From the NCBI GenBank assembly GCA_040285855.1, contig JAUFOQ010000017.1:1178001-1242000 (forward strand): DNA of 64,000 nt, in the 5' to 3' direction. Below, piece by piece: positions 34,215-46,670 of this stretch (position 1 is its first letter; the number at the start of each line of letters is the position of its first letter). The notes under the pieces were generated by a model. The model was not told the origin of the DNA. It saw only the letters and a list, made by a program, of their open reading frames with translations, and did not search any database. The position numbers were made by a program, and so were the translations under genes. Source of the stretch: Eukaryota sp. GEM-RC1. Taxonomy: Eukaryota.

Positions 34215-36572
34215 ATGTCTTCACTTGACTACTCTAATCAAGAATTGGAAGCTCCTTCTGCTTCCTATGAATCCAACAGCTCTTCTACGTTGCAGAAATC
34301 TCAGTCCGAAGATCCATCTTTGTCGATGCCACCAGACTCGCCTATCACATCAACCCCGGACGCAATGCTTCATGAAAATGACGACGACGCTGTAACATCT
34401 TCTTCGCCTGACATAAGGACAAATTCCGTACAGGAAGCACAAGAACAAAACTCATCACAATCTATTGATGCTCTTAATGAGGGCGTGGAATCCACATCGC
34501 AAGAAGTTGATGACTTGCCTCTTATTGTCTCTGGAGATGCCCATGCTCAAGTTGAAACTTCAGAGGAATCTCAAGAAACTGTTGTTGGTGAACCTGTAGT
34601 TGAATCTGTTGAAGAATCTGAGGAACATTTAGTAGATGAATCTCAAGAAACTGTTGTTGCTGAACCTGTTGAACAATTAGAAGAGGAATCTCAAGAAACT
34701 GTTGAACCTGCAGTTGAAGAATCTGTTGAACAAATAGCAGATGAATCTCAAGAAACTGTTGTTGAAGAATCTGTGGAACAAACAGAAGATGAATCTCAAG
34801 AAACTGTTGTTGCTGAACCTGCAGTTGAAGAATCTGTGGAACAAATAGAAGAGGAATCTCAAGAAACTGTTGTTGCTGAACCTGCAGTTGAAGAATCTGT
34901 TGAACAAATAGCAGATGAATCTCAAGAAACTGTTGTTGAAGAATCTGTGGAACAAACAGAAGATGAATCTCAAGAAACTGTTGTTGCTGAACCTGCAGTT
35001 GAAGAATCTGTTGAACAAATAGCAGATGAATTTCAAGAAACTGTTGTTGAAGAATCTGTGGAACAAATAGAAGAGGAATCTCAAGAAACTGTTGTTGCTG
35101 AACCTGCAGTTGAAGAATCTGTTGAACAAATAGCAGATGAATCTCAAGAAACTGTTGTTGAAGAATCTGTGGAACAAACAGAAGATGAATCTCAAGAAAC
35201 TGTTGTTGCTGAACCTACAGTTGAAGAATCTGTGGAACAAATAGCAGATGAATCTCAAGAAACTGTTGTTGAAGAATCTGTGGAACAAATAGAAGAGGAA
35301 TCTCAAGAAACTGTTGTTGCTGAACCTACAGTTGAAGAATCTGTGGAACAAATAGAAGAGGAATCTCAAGAAACTGTTGTTGAAGAATCTGTGGAACAAA
35401 TAGAAGAGGAATCTCAAGAAACTGTTGTTGCTGAACCTACAGTTGAAGAATCTGTGGAACAAATAGAAGAGGAATCTCAAGAAACTGTTGTTGCTGAACC
35501 TACAGTTGAAGAATCTGTGGAACAAATAGCAGATGAATCTCAAGAAACTGTTGTTGAAGAATCTGTGGAACAAATAGCAGATGAATCTCAAGAAACTGTT
35601 GTTGTTGAACCTGCAGTTGAAGAATCTGTGGAACAAATAGCAGAGGAATCTCAAGAAACTGTTGTTGTTGAACCTGCAGTTGAAGAATCTGTTGAACAAA
35701 TAGCAGATGAATCTCAAGAAACTGTTGTTGAAGAATCTGTGCAACAAACAGAAGATGAATCTCAGGAAACTGTTGTTGAAGAATCTGTTGAAGAAATAGC
35801 AGATGAATCTCAAGAAACTGTTGTTACTGAACCTGCAGTTGAAGAATCCGTGGAACAAATAGCAGATGAATCTCAAATAACTGTTGTTGTTGAACCTGAA
35901 GTTGCATCTACTGAAGAACAAGAAGTTTCTCTTGACTCTCTAGTCCAAGACAATCACTCAGAAGAAGACGATGAGTCTAAACCTGTCCCATATAGAGCCT
36001 TGTACTCATTCCAAGCTAGAGTAGACAATGAACTGTCATTTGAAGCAGGAGAAATAATACTATTACTTGAAAAACACGAGTCTGGCATGTGGAAAGGCAA
36101 AAAGATGAGCAACGGTCGGTGTGCTTACTTTCCGTACAACTACTGCGAACCAGTCAACGCTCCACCAATGTCACAAACCAATAACTTGACTAGACCAAGC
36201 GTTAGACTATCTCTAGGTGTACAAAAGAATAATCCATTCGCTGTGAAGCACCACGGATGGTTAACAAAGCAAGGCAATTTCTTTAGAACTTGGAGGAGGA
36301 GATGGTTTGTTCTGCGTAATAGTGCACTGTGTTATTATAAGAACAAGGAAGATACGAAACCGAAGAACACCATTCATTTAACTCCGCTTTCGAGTGTTGA
36401 ACCTGTGCCTAGAACTATCTATTCAATGCTGAGGGTGAATAAGCCAGTTTCTTATTGTCTTATGCTATCGTCATCGCCAGGAGCACGTGTATTCTATTTT
36501 ATAGCGGATAGCGAAACTGAAAGGAATCAATGGATTGAAAGCATTAGACAAGCAATACCTCATTCAAAGTAG
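34215..36572 (+). CDS. Acidic-repeat protein with C-terminal SH3 and PH domains
   Basis: YRALYSFQARVDNELSFEAGE...GMWKG...FPYNYCE (SH3); GWLTKQGNFFRTWRRRWFVL...ERNQWIESI (PH). Confidence 0.9.
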   Translation: MSSLDYSNQELEAPSASYESNSSSTLQKSQSEDPSLSMPPDSPITSTPDAMLHENDDDAVTSSSPDIRTNSVQEAQEQNSSQSIDALNEGVESTSQEVDDLPLIVSGDAHAQVETSEESQETVVGEPVVESVEESEEHLVDESQETVVAEPVEQLEEESQETVEPAVEESVEQIADESQETVVEESVEQTEDESQETVVAEPAVEESVEQIEEESQETVVAEPAVEESVEQIADESQETVVEESVEQTEDESQETVVAEPAVEESVEQIADEFQETVVEESVEQIEEESQETVVAEPAVEESVEQIADESQETVVEESVEQTEDESQETVVAEPTVEESVEQIADESQETVVEESVEQIEEESQETVVAEPTVEESVEQIEEESQETVVEESVEQIEEESQETVVAEPTVEESVEQIEEESQETVVAEPTVEESVEQIADESQETVVEESVEQIADESQETVVVEPAVEESVEQIAEESQETVVVEPAVEESVEQIADESQETVVEESVQQTEDESQETVVEESVEEIADESQETVVTEPAVEESVEQIADESQITVVVEPEVASTEEQEVSLDSLVQDNHSEEDDESKPVPYRALYSFQARVDNELSFEAGEIILLLEKHESGMWKGKKMSNGRCAYFPYNYCEPVNAPPMSQTNNLTRPSVRLSLGVQKNNPFAVKHHGWLTKQGNFFRTWRRRWFVLRNSALCYYKNKEDTKPKNTIHLTPLSSVEPVPRTIYSMLRVNKPVSYCLMLSSSPGARVFYFIADSETERNQWIESIRQAIPHSK
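34560..35900 (+). repeat. Coding tandem repeat of ESQETVV[AEPAV]EESVEQIAD/EE units
   Basis: Alternating 48-bp and 63-bp units built around GAATCTCAAGAAACTGTTGTTG. Confidence 0.95.
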
Positions 36573-37282
36573 GTTTATTAGATTCTTTTGTGTGTATTTA
36601 TAAATTTCATTTATTTGTAATTTTTTAAAATGAGTGGACTGATGTCAGACTGAGATCATTTTTTCAATTCGACTATCAACATTGTGTTCACTGCCAGTTT
36701 TCATTTCTGACTGTATACAGTTTCTTTAGTGATACGCTATTTTAGTGTCAACCTAGTTACTTTTGAAAGGGCTCCTTTAATCTGTAAAACCGCTTACTAG
36801 TAGTGCCCAAACAACATTGTTCCAAAATTTATGACGATTGTGTGTGGAAAATGTGATTTAATTGCTACTACTAATACTAGTAGTAGTTCTTTGAATTTGG
36901 TCATTTAACTTCATTGTTTTGTTTCTCTTCGGTTCACGTGCATCGTCGGCGAGACGTGACACCAAGTGATTATCTTGTTCAGAAATCAAAGGACAAAAAA
37001 CAGGAATCAAAATATAAAATATACAATTGTATTTGAAGACACCAAGTGGATAACGAACTCTAATTCAAATAAGAAGTTTTTCAAAGAAGCCACAAAGCAC
37101 CTTCGCGTATGTATTTTGCTTTTATAGACCAATGCCACCAAAAGATGTTGAAGTAAAGCCATGAGAAGGAAGTGCATTACAGTAAATGACCCACAAATTT
37201 GGTCCTCAATTTATTGAAGTGACGGGAAAAATCAACAGTCAACTCAAAAGATAAGCCTCTCAGAATTCAGATACATTAACTA

Positions 37283-37748
37283 CAGCAATTGGTGTATTTA
37301 ATGTGGATACAGAATTAGTGTGGATTTTAATTTGTGTGATCCACACTAATTCTAACTTTCTTGCTTTATTATAGCGTTAATTTTAGACTTAATTAGTGTG
37401 GATGTTATTATTCTATCAATAATATCTGAAAATCAGACCAAATCTATACGAAAGCACCAGTCGTAAATCGATAAACGCTTTTCCTTTTCAACATTCCTTA
37501 ACGTGGTACATGTACTAGGCTCTGATATCTTGGATGCTTTTGGTCGACAAAGAGACGATTGAATGGAGTCCTATAGTTTTGCATTGTTCCCAAAATATAC
37601 ACAAAACCTACTACATTTATAAACATTTATAACAACTTTAAAAAAAATTTCAATCCACGCTAATTCTTTCTTCAGAAAATTAGTGTGGTCCACACTATTT
37701 TTATTATATTATAATTAGTGTGGCTCACACTAATTAGACCAATTGCTG
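37283..37748. mobile_element. Tc1/mariner-type MITE
   Basis: TIR CAGCAATTGGT.../...ACCAATTGCTG flanked by TA on both sides; internal AATTAGTGTGG/CCACACTAATT repeats. Confidence 0.85.
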
Positions 37749-38202
37749 TAGTGTCTTCTAGTTTTGGTTAGTGTACATTGTACGTGGTAAGTTGTTGTCT
37801 TCAAATAAAATCATTTTTTTAAGTGGTTCCAGATTGAAAACTTTCTCCACAATTAGTCTTAGTCAACAGCCGTTACTTTAAAAACCCGTCGTAAATGTCG
37901 TACTCTCTCAGAGACGTACCACATCCAAAACTTCGCAAGAAAAGAGAAGTGGTTCCTCCCAGTCCTTCAGAATCACGGAGTTCATATCATATGCATTAAT
38001 TTTGAAAAGCACTAACGGAACAAACAAATACAAACTCCCAAACAATACATCGAATGATTCCGAATTTATGCTTAGAACTGGAGTAGAGATACTAGTATAA
38101 AACAGAATTTTTTTGGGAAAATTACATCAAACAACAATTTGCAATTTGCAATTGAGCCAATTCACATTACAATTCAACATTTGATAACCAACCTCTTGTG
38201 TC

Positions 38203-39385
38203 ATGCAGGGTCCTACTCTTTCATATTGAACTACAATAAACTTTTATATTGATGGGTGTTTTGATTCTAAAGAGGAGCTACATCATTCGTACAACAGCTC
38301 CAGATAGCGTACACTTCCCTCTGGTTTGTACCGACCCACATTCCCTCAAAGTTATATATCGCTCCGGAATACAAACTGAATGTGAAGACCTTGATGTTGA
38401 TCAGTTGGATACAGCATTTCCCATTGTTCAAAATCTTAACTTGCATCCTGACTATCTTCCATCAATAGGTAGAAGCCGCTACATCATTGTAGAAGAACCA
38501 CAATCTGATCCTATTAGAGCTCCTTCTAACAAAAATTTTTCTGTTGTAGCTAAATCTGCTGTCCAATGTGCTACAGTGATGACTGATTCCCAATTTTACA
38601 CTCATTATCTTTCACCTGAAGTTCGGTGTTTCCCTTCAGTTTCTCTTTTCTCTCATGAACTTCTGGTACTTAACAATTCTCTCCGATTGTTAAAACGATC
38701 TGATCCATGTTTGGACTCTGATTTATTGATCCATGCACGTGCAATTATGATCGCTGCAAGTTCATTACCTACTGATGAAAAGCCGTTTCAAGGTCTTTTA
38801 CAAGAATATCTTTGTGGAGCTTTGAAAAGAGCCGTCACTTCTCAATCTGCTCCGGACCTATGTGTTGTTGACAAAACCAACGCCTGCTTACTTTTGTTAG
38901 CAGAAGTAAAGCGTGACCAAGAAGCTGGTGATGCCCTAACCCAGGTTATGTTGAACTATTCTTCCTTTTGGGCTCGCGAATCTGGATTATATGATAAACT
39001 TGCCACCCGTACTTATTGTCCTGCTATTTTGGTTGAAATTCGCGGTCACTTTTTCTCTGTATATGGCGCAGTCATGGTGTACAAAGATGGTGATTACCAT
39101 AAGTATGTAGAACATTTTGCTACTGTTTCATTGCTTTATAATAGGCATAACCACTACGACCTTCACTTTTTAGCAAACATATTATTACGTGTACGTGATT
39201 GTTTGAACAAACTCCAGGACTATTACGATGTTCATGTGAGTGAAATCCGATCTGATGCCACGTCACTGAATCCACCTGATCCAACAATTATATCCTTTCC
39301 AGTAATTGGTATTAACAGGATCCAGTATCAGGAGTTAATGTCTCCTCTTTCACCTGTGTATTTGGCCAATTATAAGACTGATGAC
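38203..39385 (+). pseudogene. N-terminal part of a Crinkler-type PD-(D/E)xK REase + protein kinase gene
   Basis: APDLCVV...LAEVKRD...DALTQVMLNY...CPAILVEIRG...VYGAV; ends at kinase subdomain I (VYLANYKTDD). Confidence 0.7.
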
Positions 39386-39846
39386 CACATTTGGGTGATG
39401 CTAGATGTTGTGGCAAACCATGTTGCTCCAGTAGAAGTTTGGTTTGATCAAGGAGTAGTTGAATTTATAATAAACTTTGTACCTCATTTATTATTATGAT
39501 TTGTTTTACGAGATGTTGATTGCTTGATTTGTATGTTACATTGTTACTTTGCGATGACTCTGCATAATTATTGTCTGTGAACAACTTTACAGAACAACAC
39601 CTATATCTCAACACTACTACAGTCTACCTTCCCATTAAGGTCTGCCCAAAGGCTTGCAGTAATGAGAGAGTATTCTAAATTCATCTAAATTCTACTTTAC
39701 AATGGCTTCGAGAATATTCAACACTAGAATACCGTATAAGAGGATCACCCAATTTTTGCTGAAAACTTGTAAAAGAGGATGTTTGTTATCACTATAGAAC
39801 CATGCAACTCGAGCAGATCCAACAATAAAGGCAGTAGGTAACAATA

Positions 39847-40772
39847 CTGTCAGGCACCAATTAGTGACCCACCTCCTAATAGTGACCCCCTCCTAATAGT
39901 GCCCCACTTTAGGGGTGGGGCTATAATTTAGTGTCCCAGTTTTGATCAAGATTACACAACTGGGTGATAAATACAGTCTTATGTAAATAAAACAATATAC
40001 GATTAGATTTAGATTTAATAGTGTGTGGTTGAACACCTATTGAACCATCTTTCTCATATATCCTCTTCTCTTACACTTAACGCACATTGAGCACTCTTCT
40101 ATCTTGTTGTTGAAATCTTCATATGCTCCGCCGATCATCTCTTGAACAATCTCCTAGCTCAAAACGACTCAAAATTACAAATGCTCAAAAGCTCACAATT
40201 CTTTCCGAGCTTAATCAACCTGGAGTTACTGTATCATCAACAGCCAAAAAAGTATGCATTGGACAGAAAGCAGCTTCGCCAATGGAGGCAGCAAGAAGTA
40301 AACATCCGAAACTCCGACCCAAAAGGCTTTAGAATTTCCGGTGGCGGACGTAAACTTACCTCTGAAGAGCATGAACAGAAGGTTATTGAACAATTCATCC
40401 ATTTGCGAAAATTAATACTATTTAAGTGTAGCATTAAAAGGGCACCTTTGGTATCTCCAATACGAGACATGAAAATACCTAATACCTACCGAAATACCTC
40501 GAATTTAGGTATCCACAACTATGTGCTTAACCCAAAATCGTCTGATGACGACATCGATGACCTTCTTCAACTCAACAATTCATTGAACTTGGAGATAGAT
40601 AATGATGTTGTTGCATTCTTTGACTAGAGTTATAATGTAATATAAAGTTGTTTTATAGGTCATTTATGAACAAAGCCAAAAGGATCCAAATAGTGACCCC
40701 CTCCTAATAGTGACCCAGTTTGGGGGTGGGGCTATAATTTAGTGACCCGGGGTACTATTTGGCGCCTGACAG
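39847..40772 (+). mobile_element. pogo-family non-autonomous element with truncated HTH transposase N-terminus
   Basis: TIR CTGTCAGGCACCAATTAGT / ACTATTTGGCGCCTGACAG, TA TSD; internal SSTAKKYALDRKQLRQWRQQ...GGGRK (frameshifted, Brinker/CENP-B-type HTH). Confidence 0.85.
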
Positions 40773-40930
40773 TACACTGTGTGTTTTTGCCCATCTAAAC
40801 CACCCGTCTAAATACTCAAACCAAAGGGGGAAAGTAGACAAAGAAAGGAACCAAACAACAAAAGTAAATGGAAATAAAAGGCTTTTTAAGTCAAAAAAGT
40901 TTTATGTTATAAATTAACGAAATACAAACC

Positions 40931-41540
40931 ATGGAACGCAAATGTTCCGTACCGGAGCGATTTTCGACGTACCGTACCGTACCGTACGTACGGACGTACG
41001 GTACGTGTACCGGTACTGTACTTTTGACCGACTAAAATACATTATTACTATTTTGAACATGATGATCCAATGTGAGATTTTAACAGTTACCATCGTCATG
41101 TATTCAACTGTTAGACATGGCTCAGGATATCAAGATCACGATTGTTACACTCAGTCGAATTTGGGGTACATCATTGTTGGCCACAACTTTCCCAAAATGA
41201 CATTAGTTCACATGAAGCTCATGAATCACATAAAATCAACAACAATATCATCTTTAACTTACAATGCAATAAACGAGTGAGTACTACGAAATATACCATA
41301 ACAAAGAGCCCAAAAACCCAAAATTTTTATATCTAAACTATTAGAATGCACAGAAACCAATTGCAATAGTACTACTAGTATGTTTGACGAGGGAATAAAC
41401 TTCCACTCCAAAATTTGTATTTGTAAATCATTTTAGGTCATTCATAAATAGGCTTCAAATACAATCAAATCACATCGGTACGGAAAAACAAAATCGGTAC
41501 GTACCGATTCGTACCGTACGTACGGTACGTACGGTACGTA
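40931..41540. mobile_element. hAT-type MITE (610 bp)
   Basis: Perfect 8-bp TSD ATACAAAC (40923-40930, 41541-41548); imperfect TIR CATGGAACGCAAAT / ATTTGCGCACATTG; CGTAC/GTACG arrays at both ends. Confidence 0.85.
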
Positions 41541-43268
41541 CCACAGATTTGCGCACATTGATACAAACAACTACAGTAGTACTTAAAAGATATTAAATGA
41601 TCCACATCTACGCAACAAAGAATCGGTCTCCCAAGTCCTCAGCCATCAAAAGCTCCAGAACTGCGCCTTCATTGACAACATGAGCTTCATTGTTAACGTC
41701 ATGTTCTTCTTCACTCATTTCAAAATCTGATACGACATCACTATCATCTTCATGTTCAACTACATTTGATTCTTGTGCTGATCTCTGATAAACTACAGAG
41801 TTAGTTTAAAATGGAAGCCATGTGGTTAACAATGGAAACTAATTGGTCACGCAAATCTCGAATAAAACCATATTCAAAGCAACGAATATGAATCAAAATG
41901 TTTTAAAAATGGGTCCAGTTAAGTGGCTAACTCTAGATTTCTATTGAGAGTTCATCGTCATTTCATTTGTTTTTTTAAAAACTTCTCTAGAACTTCGCTA
42001 GTCTAGTCCCTATGTCCCATTGTTTGTGAGGACCTTCAACCATGAAGAACCATGTTTCAAACAACAAAGCTCGTGTTATACATGCTCTCAGTACCTGACA
42101 AATGTTCCTACATAGATCTAGAACTATACAATGCCTCATCGGTGCCACAGATATGGATATGAGTGTTGTCATCAAGTTTGTGTATCCACATTATGTTTTG
42201 TCCTCTGTATATGTCTGTAACAATACTAAAAACCAACAACATATTTGAGGGTCCCTATCTTATATAAAAACAGACATTTTTCATGTTCATTTAACAGATA
42301 TCTATGGGTCTTTATTGAAAAGATTACAAGTAAGTCAAGGGAGATTTAAATCTGTCTTCATATCTGAAACGCTTTAAAATTCAAAAGAAGAGAGCTCATA
42401 ATTAACACAATTTATTTAAAGATTAAAAAGAATTAGAACAAAACTAAATAATTACTTAAACCAAGGAATGGCTTTCCGGTCCTTAGGGAAGTACCAATCA
42501 TATGACAAGAAAACTTCCTCGTCCTTCAAAGGTCTCAGGGCATAGAGACCAACCAGCTTTTCCCCATTGACATCATTAAAGTCCTTTAAGTAAGCATTAT
42601 GCTCGGGGTGGTAGTTGGCGAACTTGCCCAAACATAAGGCATTAGTTCCGTCAAGGTACATCCCGTCTTTTCTTTGGACAATGTAGCTAGTAAAGGATCG
42701 TTTGGCTAATTTTTTTGAGATCTGAACACCTCGCCAGTAGGCAATGAGATCATGGGGAATGAGAGTCCCAGAAACGAAAAGACCGTTTCCTGCATTAGTT
42801 AAAGTAGACTGAGACTTATAGATTGAGAAAGGGCGTCCAGTAAGTAAGGAATTGCATGACACTAGAGTGAATTGTAAAGTTGGAACAAACTCGAGCCATC
42901 TTCATTCATTGTTCTTCCGATCCACATTAGAGAGAGATCGCTAACTTCTAAAGTCTTGTTTTTCATAATCTTCTTCTTCGCATCGTGGGCTTTCTAGGAT
43001 TAGAGTAGTCGATCTTCAACATACCAGCATGACGCATTCTTCACACACAAATGCAGTCCCTTGCTCCCATCTTTCTTGCACACATTCTACATGGAATGCC
43101 CACTTACACAATCCTTCGCAAAAGACAATATCCTTGACCTTTGCACTGGCCTCTTCCTCACAGATGGGACAACTAACTCCATACTCAACTCCTTCTGAGT
43201 CTGAGCTGGAATCTTCGAAGTGGTATTCTCTTGCCGATGGGTGTACTCTCACCTCACCAGTAGGGGAG

Positions 43269-45714
43269 TAGAGTTGGCAAATGACGACGTCATGACGAGT
43301 CATGACGATGTCAGGCCAAGTCGACGTGACGTGACTTCCAACAAAACCAAGTCACGTCATCGTCACGTCAAGTCACGTCATCGTCATCGTTACATGACTT
43401 TTGAAGTAGATATTAACACACTTTATTCCAAAAATCCTACAGGCTACAAATCATTCCATGAGTTCAAACAAAGCAGTGCTTGTACTGAACTGGAACTCAA
43501 ACGAGTTCTTCTATCAGTAACTGTGAGACCTGCTTGTGAAAACAACCTTTCACTTGGTACTGATGTTGCTTGGATGCACAAAAAGTCACAAGCCATGGTC
43601 GAAAGCACAGGGAATCTTGCCGAATGTGCTTCCCAATACGCCAATGGTTCGAAAGATGACACTGGTTCACCAATGTATTGTTGACGCTCATCAACCAACA
43701 CTACGTCATCGTCACTCTTGTCACTCTCGTCGTCTTCGTTTTCGTCATCATCAGAGCTATCAAACAATGATGGAGTTTGATTAATAGCACTTTGGGGATT
43801 TTCATTTTCCTGAGAAGCAATTTTAGCCTGGTACAAGACAAACTGTTGATCAAATAGTGATCTCAGTAGTTCTGTGTTCAGTTGATGGGGGATTTTTTGC
43901 AACTTTACTCTAGGATCGAGAATGCATGACATGTAAGATGTCAAATCAGACATAAACGGTTCGTACTTCTCAAATTTTTCAATCATTGCTTTGACTGCGA
44001 TTTGAAGCATCTCCTCTAAGTACTGATCGGTTTGCAATTGTCTCAAATTGTTAAGTAATCTGAAGAAGCCATGGACAGCAACAGATAACACAGGATATGC
44101 TGAAGCAGACACTCGTGTCGTAAGTGATAAAAATGGTTTGAGAATTTTGCCAATTGATTTCACAGTTGCGCATTCATCAGTAGTGAGTTTAAGATTTCTG
44201 AGCTTAGCATCATTGTTAGAGATGACAATATTAATAGGTCTAAGCAATTTTTCATAAGACTGGATCATTAAAAATGTGGAGTTCCATCTTGTCACAACAT
44301 CTCTGACAACTACTCGTCCTCCTTCAACATTCAATTCATCGGCAGCCTTCTTCAATTGTTGCTGCAAATAAGAAGACTTCTTCATCTTCATTGCGAACTT
44401 TCTTTACTAGAGGCTGCAATACTTTCAGACCTTCTCGAACAGCTAAGTTCAAGATATGACCCAGGCAGCGACGATGCGTCAATCTTTTCATCACTCTCAC
44501 TTCTTCTCTATCATCATCTTCAACCACATCCAAAGCCTCAGAAGGGTAGTCGTTGGAATCGAATGCTGCAATTGCATTTACCATGTTGGACGCGTTATCC
44601 GTTGTGATACTGATAACACGTTTATCAATACCAAATTCGTCGAGTAACTCTGTAATTGCATTGAAAACATCAATCGATGCGTGAGGATGTGGTAACTCAC
44701 GACAGTCCAAGGTATAGCTGTTATAACAGAAATTTTGGACAAAGTGTACAGTTACTCCAAGGAAAGGGGCATTAGCAGCAGAAGTCCAGAGATCCAGCGT
44801 CAAGGAGAATTTGCCGTGGTGCTCCTTACAAGCATTGATTAGTTTTTGTTTTTTTCCTGCGAACTCAGCTAGAATAATCTCTTTAATGTTCTTTCTTGAC
44901 GGAACAGTTACTGAGCTATTAATAAAGTTTATCAATTTCAGAAAAAATGGATTTTCCACTTCATAGAATGGCTAATGGCTGTTCACAATCCATTGTGATA
45001 ACAGAACTTCGAATTCCTTTTGCTGTTGTGCTGATATTGGTACCGCAACAGCAACTGGTGCAGGAGTATTTAGTAATAGTTGATTCTTGACGGTTTTCCA
45101 GTTTCTATGGCATTTTTCCAAATGATTGCGCATAGTGTCTGTATTTCTTCTTTTATACTTGACAGCACTGACAACCTTTTCCTTCACACACATCAAACAG
45201 TGGATGTACCCAGCAGAATCGGCGTCACTAAAGAAGGGTGTGACATCAGAGGTAAACTTTTTGCCTGGTGGAGAGGTTAAAGGAGCGGGAGCATTTGCAG
45301 CAGTACTAATTGAGGGTTGAGGTGAAGAAGGAGAATCATCTTCTAAATCAATAAAGACGGGAGTAGCTCGTTTGTTGGATGGTTCAAGAGTTGCAAACGC
45401 TGAGAAGCTTGATAAACGCTTTTGTATAGGCATTATGTATGAATATGAAGTAATACTGATTTTATTATCTTCTAGTGACCAAAACATGATACCTATCATT
45501 GTTTATAAAAGCATATGTAACAAATAACCCATTATTAAATACAAAAACAGAGTATTAATAAACAGACTCAGAAGTCACGACGACGTCATGACGTCGTCAC
45601 CAAAAACCAAGTCGACGTGACTTGAAGTCATCGGAAAAAACCCAAGTCGACGTGACTTCAAGTCACGTCACGTCATGAAAAAGTCATGACCCGTCGCGTC
45701 GTTTGCCAACCCTA
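43269..45714 (-). mobile_element. Full-length hAT transposon
   Basis: TIRs TAGAGTTGGCAAATGACG / CGTCGTTTGCCAACCCTA; near-TSD TAGGGGAG vs CTAGGGAG; GTCACGTC/GACGTGAC subterminal arrays. Confidence 0.92.
43444..45433 (-). pseudogene. hAT transposase with BED zinc finger (in-frame TAG at 44972-44974, frameshift ~44390)
   Basis: BED CLMC...HLEKCH; TLDLWT, TTDNASN, RCLGHILNL, TRWNST, LDPRVK, SVPSERLFS. Confidence 0.92.
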
Positions 45715-46670
45715 CTAGGGAGGTGAATGCAGGTTCGGTCCTCAGGGGATAGGTCAGCGTGTACTTTTCTGGGATTGGACGGTTGAAAGTTGAGGTGCAA
45801 CCACATGTGGCATATTGCTGTAATTAGTAAGCAGAACACCACATACTAGTACTTAAGTATTCGCACCGTGGAACTCCGCATTGGTACTGGTGATCAGGTT
45901 TGGAGTTTACAGCCTTACATCTTCTACGATGGGTGGTGAGATGTGATTTTCGGGTAAAGGGTAGACGACAACCTACACACTCGTGGACTTTTTCACCGCT
46001 GTGGCTGAGCATGTGCTCCCTCAGCTTGACAGCTGATTGGCAAGTCTAGGATTAGTTTGTGGTTAAACATACTCTCGAACATTCACTGCACTGGAACCTA
46101 GTTGAATGCTTGGCGTTTACATGGTTCCTCAATCCACTTTTGGATCCGAGAACTGCATCACAGTCCGTACAAGCATACCCTCTTGTGGACATGTGAGAAG
46201 AATTAATGCCGGTAGAAAAGTGAATTTCTTCCGTTGAACTTCATCAAGGAGGACAGTCTGCTCACACTGTTAATGCTAGTTAATTTTGATGGGTTTGTTA
46301 AAGTTATAGCTTAGCTAGTTTCGTCAACAGCGTGGAAGATCTATTTTACGAGCTGATCTGTAGATTCAAAATCCGTAAAGTAGTTTATCCAAGTATATTC
46401 GAGTATAGTTTCTCCTACTACCTGGAAGGTCTATTTCTCATGTTGATGTTGTTGTTCATATTGTCCTTATTAAACTATTACGAAAAAACTGCGAAGAACC
46501 CAAGTATCAAGGTACTTGTGTCAATGACATGAGATCATTGGAACCAACAACAAATTCCTTCAAAAGCTTCTCTATGTCAGGACAAACAATATGACGCTGA
46601 TATGATACAAGTAAGTAACTAAGCAAAAAGAGAAAGAAAAAAAGTGGTGGAAGACCAAAGATATATATAA

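Larger units (their letters stand above)
42452..46192 (-). pseudogene. C2H2 zinc finger array - PHD - SET domain gene interrupted by a hAT insertion
   Basis: ATG 46192; introns 46046-46072, 45818-45846, 42994-43024 and 42862-42890; three clear C2H2-type fingers plus one degenerate; PHD CPIC...CEGLCKWAFHVEC...CEEC; SET AGNGLF...GKFANY...EEVFLSYDWY; removing the hAT restores HLPTGEVRVHP in frame. Confidence 0.85.

Noticed and set aside
34677..35921. 414-aa antisense ORF rich in F/N/R/C
   Set aside because: Shadow of the acidic tandem repeat on the opposite strand.
41571..41580. TACAGTA/TACTGTA as Tc1-type excision footprints (several in window)
   Set aside because: 7-mers are expected by chance in AT-rich DNA; enrichment cannot be shown by eye.
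26835..44974. In-frame TAG codons in the Fanzor and hAT transposase genes as a sign of TAG reassignment
   Set aside because: Conserved genes (DUF2828, SUN, SH3-PH) terminate at TAG right after their last domain, so these are more simply nonsense mutations or errors.
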